From the IMG/VR virus record IMGVR_UViG_2516653005_000001, positions 36,993-100,992 of that record: 64,000 bases of DNA; one strand, written 5' to 3'. The DNA comes from a virus (lineage: Duplodnaviria > Caudoviricetes). The position numbers were made by a program, and so were the translations under genes. The notes under the pieces are model-generated. The model was not told the DNA's origin. It searched no databases and was given only the letters and a program-made list of their open reading frames with translations. Of this stretch, positions 8,036 to 17,448 are shown in pieces (position 1 is the first letter of the stretch; every line of letters begins with the position of its first letter).

Positions 8036-8226
8036 ATGCGTCGGGGTCGGAGACGATCCATCCAAAGACGTGAGCCGCTAAGGTTTCATTTGCCCGGCGT
8101 TGTCTCGATGGCGGTCTGTCGTCCGCGACGTTGTTTGTGGAAGGCGGCGGCCCGTTGCACGCCGCATCGGTTTGACCAACCGCCCTCCAGCTCGCAGCCT
8201 GCACGCGGCCTTGAGCTATTTCGAAA

Positions 8227-8469
8227 TTACCTCGGCCCTGTGGGCCATGTGTGCTTCAGCTGGTCCGGCGCGCGGCCGGCGATGTGATAGCTTATCGAGG
8301 CGAAGCCTCCGGCGACCTCAGTCGCCCCGGCCTTGTTCTCCGCATCAGCCTTCGAGATGGCTTGCATCTCGGCCAGCAGCATGTCGAGCCGGACGTAGAA
8401 GATCACGGACCCGATGCTGAGCCCAACCAGCGCCAGCAGCAGGCCCACCTCTTCGGCGAGGTCCAGCAC
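8227..8469 (-). CDS. Small membrane protein
   Basis: N-terminal hydrophobic helix. Confidence 0.5.
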   Translation of the reverse strand: MLDLAEEVGLLLALVGLSIGSVIFYVRLDMLLAEMQAISKADAENKAGATEVAGGFASISYHIAGRAPDQLKHTWPTGPR

Positions 8470-8473
8470 CGGC

Positions 8474-8587
8474 TCACTCGAACAGATAAGAGTAGAGCGC
8501 GCCGCCGATGCAGCCGGCCAGCGTCAGAGCTCCAATCACCTCGACGCTCTGCAGCAGCGCCACCAGGAAAACCACGTCGTTCGTCAT
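8474..8587 (-). CDS. 37-aa membrane peptide
   Basis: ATG 8587 after GAGGG; MTNDVVFLVALLQ... Confidence 0.5.
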   Translation of the reverse strand: MTNDVVFLVALLQSVEVIGALTLAGCIGGALYSYLFE

Positions 8588-8829
8588 CGAACCCTCAAAA
8601 GGAAACCCCGAACTAGTCGCCCGGTCCGGGGGTCTATTCGTCAATCTGTCCGCCTCGTTTGCACTAATGCCAACGGTAGAGCATCCACTACCGCGATTGG
8701 GCGCTTTCGTCAAGAGGGCTGCAAACGGAAATGCAAACGAACCGGCCCAGGCGCAAACGGCGGGGCGTCTTGGGAATAGATCCGAGCGAAGCTCGACGGC
8801 CATCAAGCGCGGCACGCGCGGCTCCCCTC

Positions 8830-9014
8830 CTTGGTTAGAGGTCTGTATCTCTGTTCTGTATCTATATTCTGTATAAAGGTGTCGCAGATGGCGACAGGGG
8901 GTGTCTCGGAGCACGACAGGGGGTGTTGCGCAGAACGACGGAGGGTGTCGCTCTGTGAAACAGGGGGTGTCGCTTAAAACGACAGGGGGTGTTGCCGTGG
9001 GCAACAGGGGTCAG
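8830..9014 (-). repeat. Iteron array with 22-bp period plus (G)ATACAGAA repeats; non-coding copy of the origin in the initiator gene
   Basis: CGACAGGGGGTGT-type units start at 8892, 8914, 8936, 8958, 8980; degenerate units at 8870 and 9002. Confidence 0.9.
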
Positions 9015-9239
9015 GGGTGGTGCTGAAACGGCCGATCAGGCCATGCCGGACCGCGCGAAAGCGCTGCAATATAAGGGTTTCTGTGCTATGAGTGGGTGGT
9101 GGTCTCAGCCCAGCCGGGCGAGATCGAGGGCCGCCGGGAAGGCACTGCCAGGCCAAGGGGTGGAAGGTACCCAGGTGGGAGGGAAAAGGGCCTTTTAGGG
9201 GTGGAAAGTATAAAGGGGACGCCCCAACCAGCCCCCTAG

Positions 9240-9500
9240 TGTGAGAAAAAAAACCTATGCTTGCTATCGATTCGCAAGCTGTTAGTTGGGAATCGTTTCC
9301 CATGCTCTTGCTTGTGCAATGTGAGTATTCATTCCTAGGTTTTCATTCCTTTGATTATTGTTGTGACTTTGTTCCTAGGTTCATTGTCCTTGCGTGGTTC
9401 CCTATTTATAATGTGTCGTTTGCATCTTGAACTAAAGTATTATTCTTGAGTGAGTGCATTTGCATTTTCACGCTTGCAAACCGACTTGGAATGTTGTTTA
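9240..9500. promoter_or_regulatory. AT-rich divergence region, probable promoters and possible genome-end zone
   Basis: Sharp AT enrichment, TTCCTAGGTT twice, TATAAT, switch of coding strand. Confidence 0.5.
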
Positions 9501-9664
9501 TGGATTGTGGAAAGCGGTTTTGAACCGGGCTTCCGGAGCGCACACCCTGCGGGGTCCGTTCCCTCTCACACTCTGAAACAGTCGTTTCCGAGAACGGGAG
9601 AGCCATGTCGAAAACGCGAAATTTTCCCGATGGTCGGGAAAACGAAAACCGGAAAGGCTACACA

Positions 9665-10744
9665 ATGGCACGCAAGGCAAAGGACAAGCCGGACACGGGC
9701 ACCACGGCGACCACGGACACCACGGCAAAGACTGCGGCGGACATCGCGCAGGAAGCCGGCGAAGTGCGCCAGCCGACCGCTGAGGAGATCGCCGAAACCG
9801 AAGCGGCGAACGTTATCCAGTCCGAAGACGAAAAGCGGGTGGATACGATCCAATCCCGCGCGGCGGACATGGCGCGCAAGGCAATCGGTCAGTCCGAAAG
9901 CGCGACCTACAACGCGGTTACCGCGCTGGCGCTCAATCTGTGCGGCGAACAAATCCGCGCCGTGCTGACTGATCAGAATTACGATCCGCTGAAAGACGAT
10001 TGGATTTTCAAGCGGGACATTCTGTCGCCGCTGGCGCGTGACGGCGTCATGATCTACCGCAACACGGAAGATCTGGCAGCCGAAATCGTCAAGGCGAATA
10101 CCGCCTTGCACGGTTTGCGCGGTCAGGCCCGGAAGGACGCGGAAGCGGCGCGCAACGCCTTGGCCGCAGACTATCTGAAGCTGAAACATACCGGCGCGTT
10201 GAAGAACGGCAAGCCGGAAAACGTCAAGCTGACCGATAGCCTTTCGACCATTCGCACGTACGGCAAGCGGCTTGCATCCTATATGCGGACCAATGCCGGA
10301 TCGGTCATCATCGAATGTGCGCGGTCCGCTTCGGTCGAAAGCGCGGAAGCGCGATGGTCGGCGGAAATCGCTGACCGGCTTTCCAGCAAGTGGTCTGTGA
10401 TGTCGTCGCGGCTGGCTGCATACGCGGACCAATCCCGCGCGGCGAAGCCCGGCAAGGCGAAGTCGAAAGACGACGACAAACCGGCTAATGCGCCGACCGA
10501 GATCGCGCAGGAAACCGCAATCGCGACTATCGCTAAGGCGGTATCCGCCGACAAGGTGGCGGCGATCCTCGCTCTAATCGACGCGGTCGATTATGACGCC
10601 TTGATGGCTATCTCCGCACACGTCAATCAACGTGTTGGCGAAATCGGCAAGGCTGCCGAACACGACACGACCGAGACGGCGGATCAGCCCGCGACCGAAA
10701 CGGCGGAAGCGTCCGAACCGGCGCAAATGGCGGAAGCGGCCTAA
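9665..10744 (+). CDS. First early gene, Ala-rich hypothetical protein
   Basis: ATG 9665 after GGAAAGG; 359 aa. Confidence 0.8.
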   Translation: MARKAKDKPDTGTTATTDTTAKTAADIAQEAGEVRQPTAEEIAETEAANVIQSEDEKRVDTIQSRAADMARKAIGQSESATYNAVTALALNLCGEQIRAVLTDQNYDPLKDDWIFKRDILSPLARDGVMIYRNTEDLAAEIVKANTALHGLRGQARKDAEAARNALAADYLKLKHTGALKNGKPENVKLTDSLSTIRTYGKRLASYMRTNAGSVIIECARSASVESAEARWSAEIADRLSSKWSVMSSRLAAYADQSRAAKPGKAKSKDDDKPANAPTEIAQETAIATIAKAVSADKVAAILALIDAVDYDALMAISAHVNQRVGEIGKAAEHDTTETADQPATETAEASEPAQMAEAA

Positions 10745-10795
10745 TCGCGAACTACTCGCGAGGGGATCAGTCCCCTCGCCCACATTTTCCGGTGA

Positions 10796-10830
10796 AAGTC
10801 GCTGCGGTGTCATGCCGTGGCGGCTTTTTT
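10796..10830 (+). terminator. Rho-independent terminator
   Basis: AGTCGCTGCGGT-GTCAT-GCCGTGGCGGCT followed by T run; a second hairpin lies at 10758-10779. Confidence 0.7.
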
Positions 10831-10855
10831 GTTGCCTGTTTTTGGGAGCTTCGTG

Positions 10856-11191
10856 ATGTCGAAACGCGGGCGGACGGTTCGTGAAATTCTCAATTCGGCC
10901 TATGAGCGCGACCCCCCGCCCTCATTTTTGGGTCGAACGGCGACCATGACCGATGACGAATGGCTGGCGATGAACGATCGCGGCCGAACCGTCAAAGACA
11001 GTGAACCGCTCGACCTGCCGCGCACTCAAGGCCCGAGCCAAGCCCTAATCGAAGGGCGCAAGATTTTCGATAGCATCGTCTATCAGGCATCCGAGCCTAA
11101 GACGCTGCACCGCGCGCCCTACATGGGGCCGCGATTTGAACCCCCGACACCCTCCTACATGCGCCGAACCAAGCGGTTCGCGATGCGCTAG
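10856..11191 (+). CDS. Hypothetical protein
   Basis: GGGAG RBS, MSKRGRTVRE. Confidence 0.65.
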   Translation: MSKRGRTVREILNSAYERDPPPSFLGRTATMTDDEWLAMNDRGRTVKDSEPLDLPRTQGPSQALIEGRKIFDSIVYQASEPKTLHRAPYMGPRFEPPTPSYMRRTKRFAMR

Positions 11192-11203
11192 AGGCACGTA
11201 GCA

Positions 11204-11383
11204 ATGTCCAAAGTCCCAATGCCGCGCATTGACTGGTCAAACCTCGAACAGGTCAAAGCCTTCGCGCGCCGCCTCGGTCCCGGCGTGTCCGTGATCAAGC
11301 ATCCTGACCGCCCCAACTACAACATCACGCATTCGTCGCGCCCCGATCAACTCGCCGGCGCGCAAATCTTGCTGCAGACCTGA
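11204..11383 (+). CDS. 59-aa hypothetical protein
   Basis: GAGG RBS; MSKVPMPRIDWSNLEQ; below track cutoff. Confidence 0.6.
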   Translation: MSKVPMPRIDWSNLEQVKAFARRLGPGVSVIKHPDRPNYNITHSSRPDQLAGAQILLQT

Positions 11384-11393
11384 GGCATGCGCC

Positions 11394-11765
11394 ATGACCA
11401 CGACCGACAAGACACCGCTGACGCAGGATGAACTGTCCGGCTTCATCGGCACCGAGAACTATTACCGGCATTCGCTCAACCGCTCGCTGCTCTACACGGA
11501 CGGCGTCAAGTTTCTGGCTGAACGGGCCGGCGCTTACTGGCTGATCGACGCCATCGCTATTGCCAACGCGCTGCCGGCGCTCAAGGCCGAACCGTTTCAG
11601 TCGTGGAAGCTGACGGTCAGCCCCGGCAAGAGCGGGCTCCTGGTCTGCGAGGACGGCAATTCCCGGTCACTCTGGACCGAGCGGATGCAGTACACGGATT
11701 TCCCCCTCCCGGAGATCACCCTGTTCTGCACCGATAACGTGCTTATGCTGACGTCCGAATACTGA
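11394..11765 (+). CDS. DUF6876-like conserved protein
   Basis: FIGTENYYRH...YTDGVKFLAERAGAYWLIDAI...TDFPL...SEY. Confidence 0.7.
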   Translation: MTTTDKTPLTQDELSGFIGTENYYRHSLNRSLLYTDGVKFLAERAGAYWLIDAIAIANALPALKAEPFQSWKLTVSPGKSGLLVCEDGNSRSLWTERMQYTDFPLPEITLFCTDNVLMLTSEY

Positions 11766-11767
11766 CC

Positions 11768-12025
11768 ATGCATCTGGTCCTCGAAAAGGGCATGCCGCTG
11801 CGTGCCTACATCAACGAGTATCGGGCGAACGGCTATCGCGACCTGTTCCCGAGCGTTCGTTCTGTCAAGTCGATCGATGTCGATCCGTACGACGAACACG
11901 GCTACCGGCGTAACCGGGTCTATTGCGCGGTCGACGAATGCTCGACCTTCATCAGCGCCCACACCACGCGCGACGGGGCACAAGCGGTCAATCGCTTCGT
12001 GATGCCTGTCGATATCTGCGCCTAG
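11768..12025 (+). CDS. Hypothetical protein
   Basis: In-line ORF. Confidence 0.55.
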   Translation: MHLVLEKGMPLRAYINEYRANGYRDLFPSVRSVKSIDVDPYDEHGYRRNRVYCAVDECSTFISAHTTRDGAQAVNRFVMPVDICA

Positions 12026-12171
12026 CGCACCCTCACCACATCGCTAATCTGGAGCCTGTGCCATGCTTGACCGCATGATGCGCGCCTATATGCGCGTCGA
12101 AATGCCCGCTGTCTGTCTCGCCTTCGGCGGGATGGCGTTCTTCGCCGCTACCCGGCTGTGAGGAGGCGGCG

Positions 12172-12417
12172 ATGCAACAGCCCCGACCCGTCCTCGTCAA
12201 CCTGATTGATCGTGTCTATGCCAGCGTCGAAGACTGGCTGACCAAAGGACACGACGCCTACGTCTACCTGCGCAGCGATGACAGCCTGTTCGCTGTGCGC
12301 GACGACGACAACGACCGCTTCAACAAGAGCGAGACTGCCGAGCTCGTCGGTTTCGTGTCCAGCCGCCTGTCCGACATCGACATGGCGTTCCTCTCGCCTG
12401 ACTTCGGGAGGGCGTGA
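12172..12417 (+). CDS. Hypothetical protein
   Basis: AGGAGG RBS. Confidence 0.65.
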   Translation: MQQPRPVLVNLIDRVYASVEDWLTKGHDAYVYLRSDDSLFAVRDDDNDRFNKSETAELVGFVSSRLSDIDMAFLSPDFGRA

Positions 12418-12620
12418 TGGCTGCTGACACCAACGCCTATCTGACCGGCTATCGCATGGCGCGCGAGGGCGCCTCCCGTGCGTCTGTAGCCATCGCCTAT
12501 GGCTTATCCGGCGCTGAGGGCTGGGACGCCTTCTACAGCGATCTGGGGCGCCCTAAGGCCCTTGAAACGGCGGCAGAAGCCCAAGCTGCGATCGAGCGAC
12601 TTGTGGAGGTGGATCTGTGA
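12414..12620 (+). CDS. Hypothetical protein
   Basis: Start/stop overlap coupling. Confidence 0.6.
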   Translation: MMAADTNAYLTGYRMAREGASRASVAIAYGLSGAEGWDAFYSDLGRPKALETAAEAQAAIERLVEVDL

Positions 12621-12841
12621 GCCTGCTCGACCTGTTTCGCCGCTGTGTCGGCAAGGCACCGGCGCCAACGCTCTCGGCCGGCGACCTGTTCAATTACGGC
12701 TACTACGCCGCCATGCACGGCGAGTCCCGCGCCTTCGTTTCCCAATCCGGCGCTGACGCACTGGAAGGCTACGACGCCTTCTGGCGTGAGCACGGCCCCG
12801 AGTGCGTCCCGTTCTCATACATGGAAGGAACCAGAGCATGA
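12617..12841 (+). CDS. Hypothetical protein
   Basis: GGAGG RBS, GTGA overlap. Confidence 0.6.
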   Translation: MSLLDLFRRCVGKAPAPTLSAGDLFNYGYYAAMHGESRAFVSQSGADALEGYDAFWREHGPECVPFSYMEGTRA

Positions 12842-13293
12842 CCATTCTCGTCACCCCCGTAGACATCACCTCCGGCCAACTCACCCGCAATGAAGCGATC
12901 ACCGCATGGTGCAGGGCCAAGGGATGGCCCGAGGACAACCAGGGTCATCGCAAGTGCGCCGGCATGGATATCGACGCGCTGGTCTCGGTGTTCGCCATCC
13001 AGCTCAAGCCGACGCCGACCGCGTGGGAGAAGCTGTGCGAGACCGCCGCTCGTGACTACAACTTCTGGCACCAGGATCGAATCGGCGGTTCCCTCTACCA
13101 GATCAATAGCTGTCTCGAAAAGATCGGCGCGAAGGTCGTCTTCAAGGATCGCGACGCCTGGGACGAGTTCTCCAGGAAGGCGCAAGCGAAGTGCAACTGG
13201 GGCGTGGACACCGTTCGCTTCAACTACCTGAAGATCCTGAAGGACCTGCTTCAGGAGATGGGCGCCGAGATCGTCTACAAACAGGAGTCCTGA
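12838..13293 (+). CDS. Hypothetical protein
   Basis: ATGA overlap; MTILVTPV. Confidence 0.65.
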   Translation: MTILVTPVDITSGQLTRNEAITAWCRAKGWPEDNQGHRKCAGMDIDALVSVFAIQLKPTPTAWEKLCETAARDYNFWHQDRIGGSLYQINSCLEKIGAKVVFKDRDAWDEFSRKAQAKCNWGVDTVRFNYLKILKDLLQEMGAEIVYKQES

Positions 13294-14327
13294 CCATGGT
13301 TTTCCTGTCCAATCTGGCGATCGGTACGATCTGCGGCACTGCCGGCATTCTCGTGGTCGACCTGTGGCGCGGTGAACTGAACCGCCAGAAGGCGATCAAC
13401 GCTGTCTGCACCGGCTTCGGCATCGGCGTGGCTGCTGCGATCGTGGCGGCAATCCTGTGAGCACTTTCGCAGCCTCGATCTTGTCCTCCTTCCTCACAGC
13501 TCTGACGCTGCGATGGGTGCAAGATCAGCCGTGGAAGACCAGCGTGTGGCAGAACCTGGTTGGAAGCTGCATCGTCGGTGCGATTGCGACCGCTCTGGTG
13601 TGGTTCGCCCACTACATCTTGTCCTGAGCAGGCAAGTTCAAGGGTACTGGACCGGGATTATCCCGCACCAGATACCAAAATCGCTCAACCACATACTACA
13701 TCTTGTGTTCGGAGAGGCAGAATGATGCTCGAAATGCTCGAGGTCAGGCTACGCTGCGTCTGTGTGCTGGTCACTCTGGCCGGTGAAGTGGTGGCTGAAC
13801 GACTGATTGGTCCGGAAATAATTCGGGCTTTTATGGCGAGGGAAGTCAGCGGATGACGGACCCATCCCATTGCGCATCAAGCACCCAAACAATTCCCGCG
13901 TATTTGGTGCTTTCGCTGCAACATGGATCGATGGTCAACCGATCTTCCCCACTTCCCTCGTCATCGTCGCTTCTCTGTATCGAGAAGGCGTAACCAGTGA
14001 GTTTGCCGGAGCCCTATCCGGCTTGTGATCTGTCTCCACCTCTAGGGTGTTCTCTCTCTTATAGAGGTTGAGTGTCCCCGGCGGCCCGGCAAATTTGGGC
14101 CCGTGGTCTTATCGGAGATCAGGTCACCGCAGTCGTTTCGTCTGCGAGGAAGTAGGACCAAGAAATTAGCACTTGCGCGGGTTTTCGCGCACGCCGTTCA
14201 CGCAGTTCCGTCACTTGCCTGTCGTGCTCGGCGTTTTTCTATCCGGGGCTTCTGTTGCGTCTTACCCTTAGAGGTAAGCGCTCCAGGCGGCCCGCCAAAC
14301 CACCACAACAAGAACCGGGAGATAGCC

Positions 14328-14492
14328 ATGGAGACGTTGGCGTCAATGTATCGCTCTGTCCGCAACCGAGCCAATCCGAGCCCCGCTCAGCGCCGTGCGC
14401 TGGTCTCTGCTCGCTCGATCATCGGCCTTCCCAATGTGCCACCTGAACGGGTGCAGTCTGCGGTCGCCGAGCTGATCTTGGCCTTCGCATAG
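14328..14492 (+). CDS. Hypothetical protein
   Basis: GGGAGA RBS, METLASMY. Confidence 0.55.
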   Translation: METLASMYRSVRNRANPSPAQRRALVSARSIIGLPNVPPERVQSAVAELILAFA

Positions 14493-14695
14493 TCCCCAAA
14501 TAATTCCCGACCGCGCGGGAATTTCGACCCCCAAAACGAATTAATTCGGATTTTTTCGGGATTTTCTCCCGACCCATCCGAAATGCAAACGAGCGGTACG
14601 CGAGTAACTCTCCGCTCATTCACCAACACCCTTCGAAGCTCCATTTCTCTCATGAAACCATGGCCTTAATAGGGCGGAGCGGGTGTGTCCACTTG

Positions 14696-14711
14696 CTTGC
14701 ACGAATGCAAA
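14696..14711 (+). promoter_or_regulatory. One of about 14 copies of the palindrome YTTGCWYGAATGCAAA (operator/promoter element)
   Basis: CTTGCACGAATGCAAA; other copies listed in findings. Confidence 0.75.
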
Positions 14712-14722
14712 AGGAGGCAACC

Positions 14723-14863
14723 ATGTCATTCCTCGACAAGCTGAGCGCTCGAACCTTCTCTCGCCTGGAGAAGATCTTCACGATTGGCAGCGTTGCGCTG
14801 CCGATCATCATCTGGTGCGCCAGCGTCTACATCTTCCTCCACTTCGTCATCAAATACTGGTGA
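14723..14863 (+). CDS. Small membrane protein
   Basis: AAGGAGG RBS; hydrophobic C-terminus ending HFVIKYW. Confidence 0.65.
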   Translation: MSFLDKLSARTFSRLEKIFTIGSVALPIIIWCASVYIFLHFVIKYW

Positions 14864-14867
14864 CGCC

Positions 14868-15254
14868 ATGGAGGTCTATCGCGTCGAAAACAAGCACGGC
14901 GACGGCCCCTACAGAAGCGAGTTCCGCGTCGATTCGATGTCCTTGAAGCACAGCGATGCCGCGCACCCGACGCCAATCATTGATGGCATCAAAGATCAGT
15001 CCAGCAACAAGTTCTGCGGCTTCAAGTCGCTCGACGATCTGAAGCGCTGGTTTGATGGCGAGGATCGCGAGGCCCTCGACTTCATCGGTTACCACGTGTC
15101 GATGTACCGGGTGCCGGACAATGTCATCGATCACGGCACATGCCAGCTCATGTTCCCGAAGGAGGATGCAATCCTTCTCAGCATCATGAACTTGCTGACG
15201 TTCGACCCGCAGACGCCGCGCAACCCGCGCTACTACGACGAACTGTCTTGGTAG
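14868..15254 (+). CDS. Hypothetical phage protein
   Basis: MEVYRVENKHGDGPY. Confidence 0.7.
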   Translation: MEVYRVENKHGDGPYRSEFRVDSMSLKHSDAAHPTPIIDGIKDQSSNKFCGFKSLDDLKRWFDGEDREALDFIGYHVSMYRVPDNVIDHGTCQLMFPKEDAILLSIMNLLTFDPQTPRNPRYYDELSW

Positions 15255-15518
15255 GTGACCATGGGCAAGCGAAAAGACGGTCGCGCCATCACCCCTTACG
15301 CCGGGTCATGGGCGCAGATACAGGCGGCCCGCACCCGCCCGCAATACAACATCCGCCTCACCTACGTGGACGGAAAGCGGAAGTGGAAGGCTGATCGCCA
15401 GCACGCTGACGGTGCCGTTACGCACCTCGATGTCTTCGACAGCCGCAAGCAGGCAGAAACAACGATACGCCTACTCGCCGGTCCTGGCGGGGACGTCACA
15501 ATCCTCGATTACATCTGA
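15255..15518 (+). CDS. Hypothetical protein
   Basis: In-line ORF. Confidence 0.6.
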   Translation: MTMGKRKDGRAITPYAGSWAQIQAARTRPQYNIRLTYVDGKRKWKADRQHADGAVTHLDVFDSRKQAETTIRLLAGPGGDVTILDYI

Positions 15519-15525
15519 GGGGCAC

Positions 15526-15939
15526 ATGACCAACTACTACACCGACTTCGCGGCGGAGTTTCCGCTGCATACGCCGGAGAACGTGGCCAAGGCCTTGCAG
15601 ATCAAGGAGGCGCTGGCCGAGGAGTTCGCCGAACAATGTTGGCCGCTGTTCGAGATGACGGTGAATGCAGACAAGAACAGTCTGTTCTTCACCGGAGACG
15701 GCGATCCCGAACACGTCATCATCTTCATCGAACGACTGGCTAAAGCCCTCAATCTGAGCGGCAAATGGGGCTTCGAGTGGTCGCATGGCTGCGACAAGGC
15801 GCGGACCGATGCGTTCGGCGGCGGCGCAGTCGTCATCGACCTTGCGACCGGCGTCGCGTCAGAGACGATCCACACAAGCGTCTGGCTCGAAGAGCGCACT
15901 GGCGCTCCGTCTCAACCCGCAATCGTGACCCAGCAATAG
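15526..15939 (+). CDS. Conserved hypothetical protein
   Basis: GAGGGG RBS; WGFEWSHGCDKARTDAFGGGAVVI. Confidence 0.7.
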   Translation: MTNYYTDFAAEFPLHTPENVAKALQIKEALAEEFAEQCWPLFEMTVNADKNSLFFTGDGDPEHVIIFIERLAKALNLSGKWGFEWSHGCDKARTDAFGGGAVVIDLATGVASETIHTSVWLEERTGAPSQPAIVTQQ

Positions 15940-15948
15940 GAGGAAGCA

Positions 15949-16164
15949 ATGGGAAGCTTCATGCACATCAAGAAGGGCGATGTCGTCACGCGGCGCATCG
16001 CCGGAGCGGCAGAGATGACCCTGCAGGTCACCGATGTCACCGATACCCACATCATCTGCGGCGCGTGGCAGTTCGACCGCAAGAGTGGCGTGGAAGAGGA
16101 CGGCGAACTCCGCTGGGGTGTCCAGTTCGGCGTGTCCGGCTCCTGTCTCGTCGAAGCCGCATAG
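15949..16164 (+). CDS. Hypothetical protein
   Basis: AGGAGG RBS. Confidence 0.7.
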   Translation: MGSFMHIKKGDVVTRRIAGAAEMTLQVTDVTDTHIICGAWQFDRKSGVEEDGELRWGVQFGVSGSCLVEAA

Positions 16165-16172
16165 GTGCAACC

Positions 16173-16469
16173 ATGAACATCTACCGCGTTCCCATCATCA
16201 TCGCCGGCAGCGCCTATGTGCTGGCCAGCTCCATGGTCGAGGCGCAGCGGGCGGTCGGCATGATGTCCGATATGTCGATCGAGGTTCAGGAGGACGAGAC
16301 CCAGGAGGTGCCGATCTCAGGACGTCGTCTCGATGACCCGGACCTCCCTGACGTATCGATCTCGCCGGCCATGACTGTGGTCGGTATCGAGCCCGATAGC
16401 TCTCCAGAACTGGTTGACACGTCGGCCCTGCCCGAAGTGGACGACACCGACGAACTGCAGGCGGCGTGA
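16173..16469 (+). CDS. Acidic hypothetical protein
   Basis: ATG 16173 after AGGT. Confidence 0.65.
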   Translation: MNIYRVPIIIAGSAYVLASSMVEAQRAVGMMSDMSIEVQEDETQEVPISGRRLDDPDLPDVSISPAMTVVGIEPDSSPELVDTSALPEVDDTDELQAA

Positions 16470-16479
16470 GGCCTTTCCC

Positions 16480-16644
16480 ATGATCATCAAGGCTAAGACC
16501 GATAAGGCGTACGCTCAGGCGTGCAACCTTCCCTTCTCGCTTCCACTTCCATTTCCGAATGTGGATGTCGACCCGAGCTATCTGCACGTTCTCGATCTGC
16601 GCCAGTTCGAGACGGTGGATGGAGGCGTCGTTGAGCCGGCCTAA
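16480..16644 (+). CDS. Hypothetical protein
   Basis: GAGG RBS, MIIKAKTDK. Confidence 0.5.
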   Translation: MIIKAKTDKAYAQACNLPFSLPLPFPNVDVDPSYLHVLDLRQFETVDGGVVEPA

Positions 16645-16678
16645 CGCATCATCCAACCAATCACCAACCAAGAGGTTC

Positions 16679-17423
16679 ATGACACATATCCCGAAGATAC
16701 GGGGAGAGGGTGCTCCCAAGTAGTAGCACCACGCCGAAAGGCGCTGAACGAGGCGTTACTGGACGCCTACAACCCCGTACATAGCTCCCTCATCTTTGGA
16801 GCAGCCTAAAACCTGCCGGTCACAAGGCGTCATAGGCGACACTTACGTCGCAGGCTGTGGCCCTTCCGACCAATCACATCTGATCGATGGACGATTGCAA
16901 GTCCTTGAAACGCACGGTCGCAGCCTCCGCAAAGCTGCCGCCCGGCTGGAGCGAATGCCAGCCACCCATTCCAATCCACTCGCCGGGGGTTCGCGCCAGG
17001 TTCGCCAGCGCAATAGCCCTTAACCTGCAGAGTGAACCTACGCGTTAAAGCCGGGCGCGTAGGCGTAAGCATGCCGGCAACGGCTCTCAGTGAGACCCTA
17101 GCTAAGAGGCCTTAAGCCGTAGGCCTGGCGAGGATGGGTCGACCTCAACAATGTGGTGAACGTTTGCGCGGACCGAAAGCCCCGCGCTCATGAGAGGCTG
17201 CGCGAGCCAAAATCGCGAACCGAGACCGGCGGGATAACCGGTCAACACTTTCCGCTGGAGCACGTAAGTCATCATGCCTCCGGTAAGGGGTTGCGCCGAG
17301 TGATATCCGACGCGCCACATCCGCCGAGAGCTGCAAGGTCAAGAGGGTGATGGACTAAAGCCCGAGAATGGCCGCTCGTGGTCTCGGATCGTTTTCCGGT
17401 GCGCTGCTCCAGCGGAAAGTGTT
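16679..17423 (+). ncRNA. Candidate large, highly structured ncRNA
   Basis: More than 15 visible stems, GNRA loops and a perfect 19-bp inverted repeat; no credible long ORF. Confidence 0.65.
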
Positions 17424-17448
17424 CACCAACTGAAGGAACGACCATTCC

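Noticed and set aside
8474-9004. 176-aa ORF resembling part of the initiator protein
   Set aside because: The similarity is only the translated iteron DNA; TTG start without RBS. Only the last 37 codons look like a gene
8870-9014. 22-bp periodic repeats as a CRISPR array
   Set aside because: Units are 13 bp with 9-bp spacers, there are no cas genes, and they match the iterons in the initiator gene
16679-17423. Group I/II intron, RNase P or tmRNA identity for the large structured region
   Set aside because: No recognisable P7 core, domain V, GAGGAAAGUCC or tRNA-like ends by eye; a covariance search is still needed
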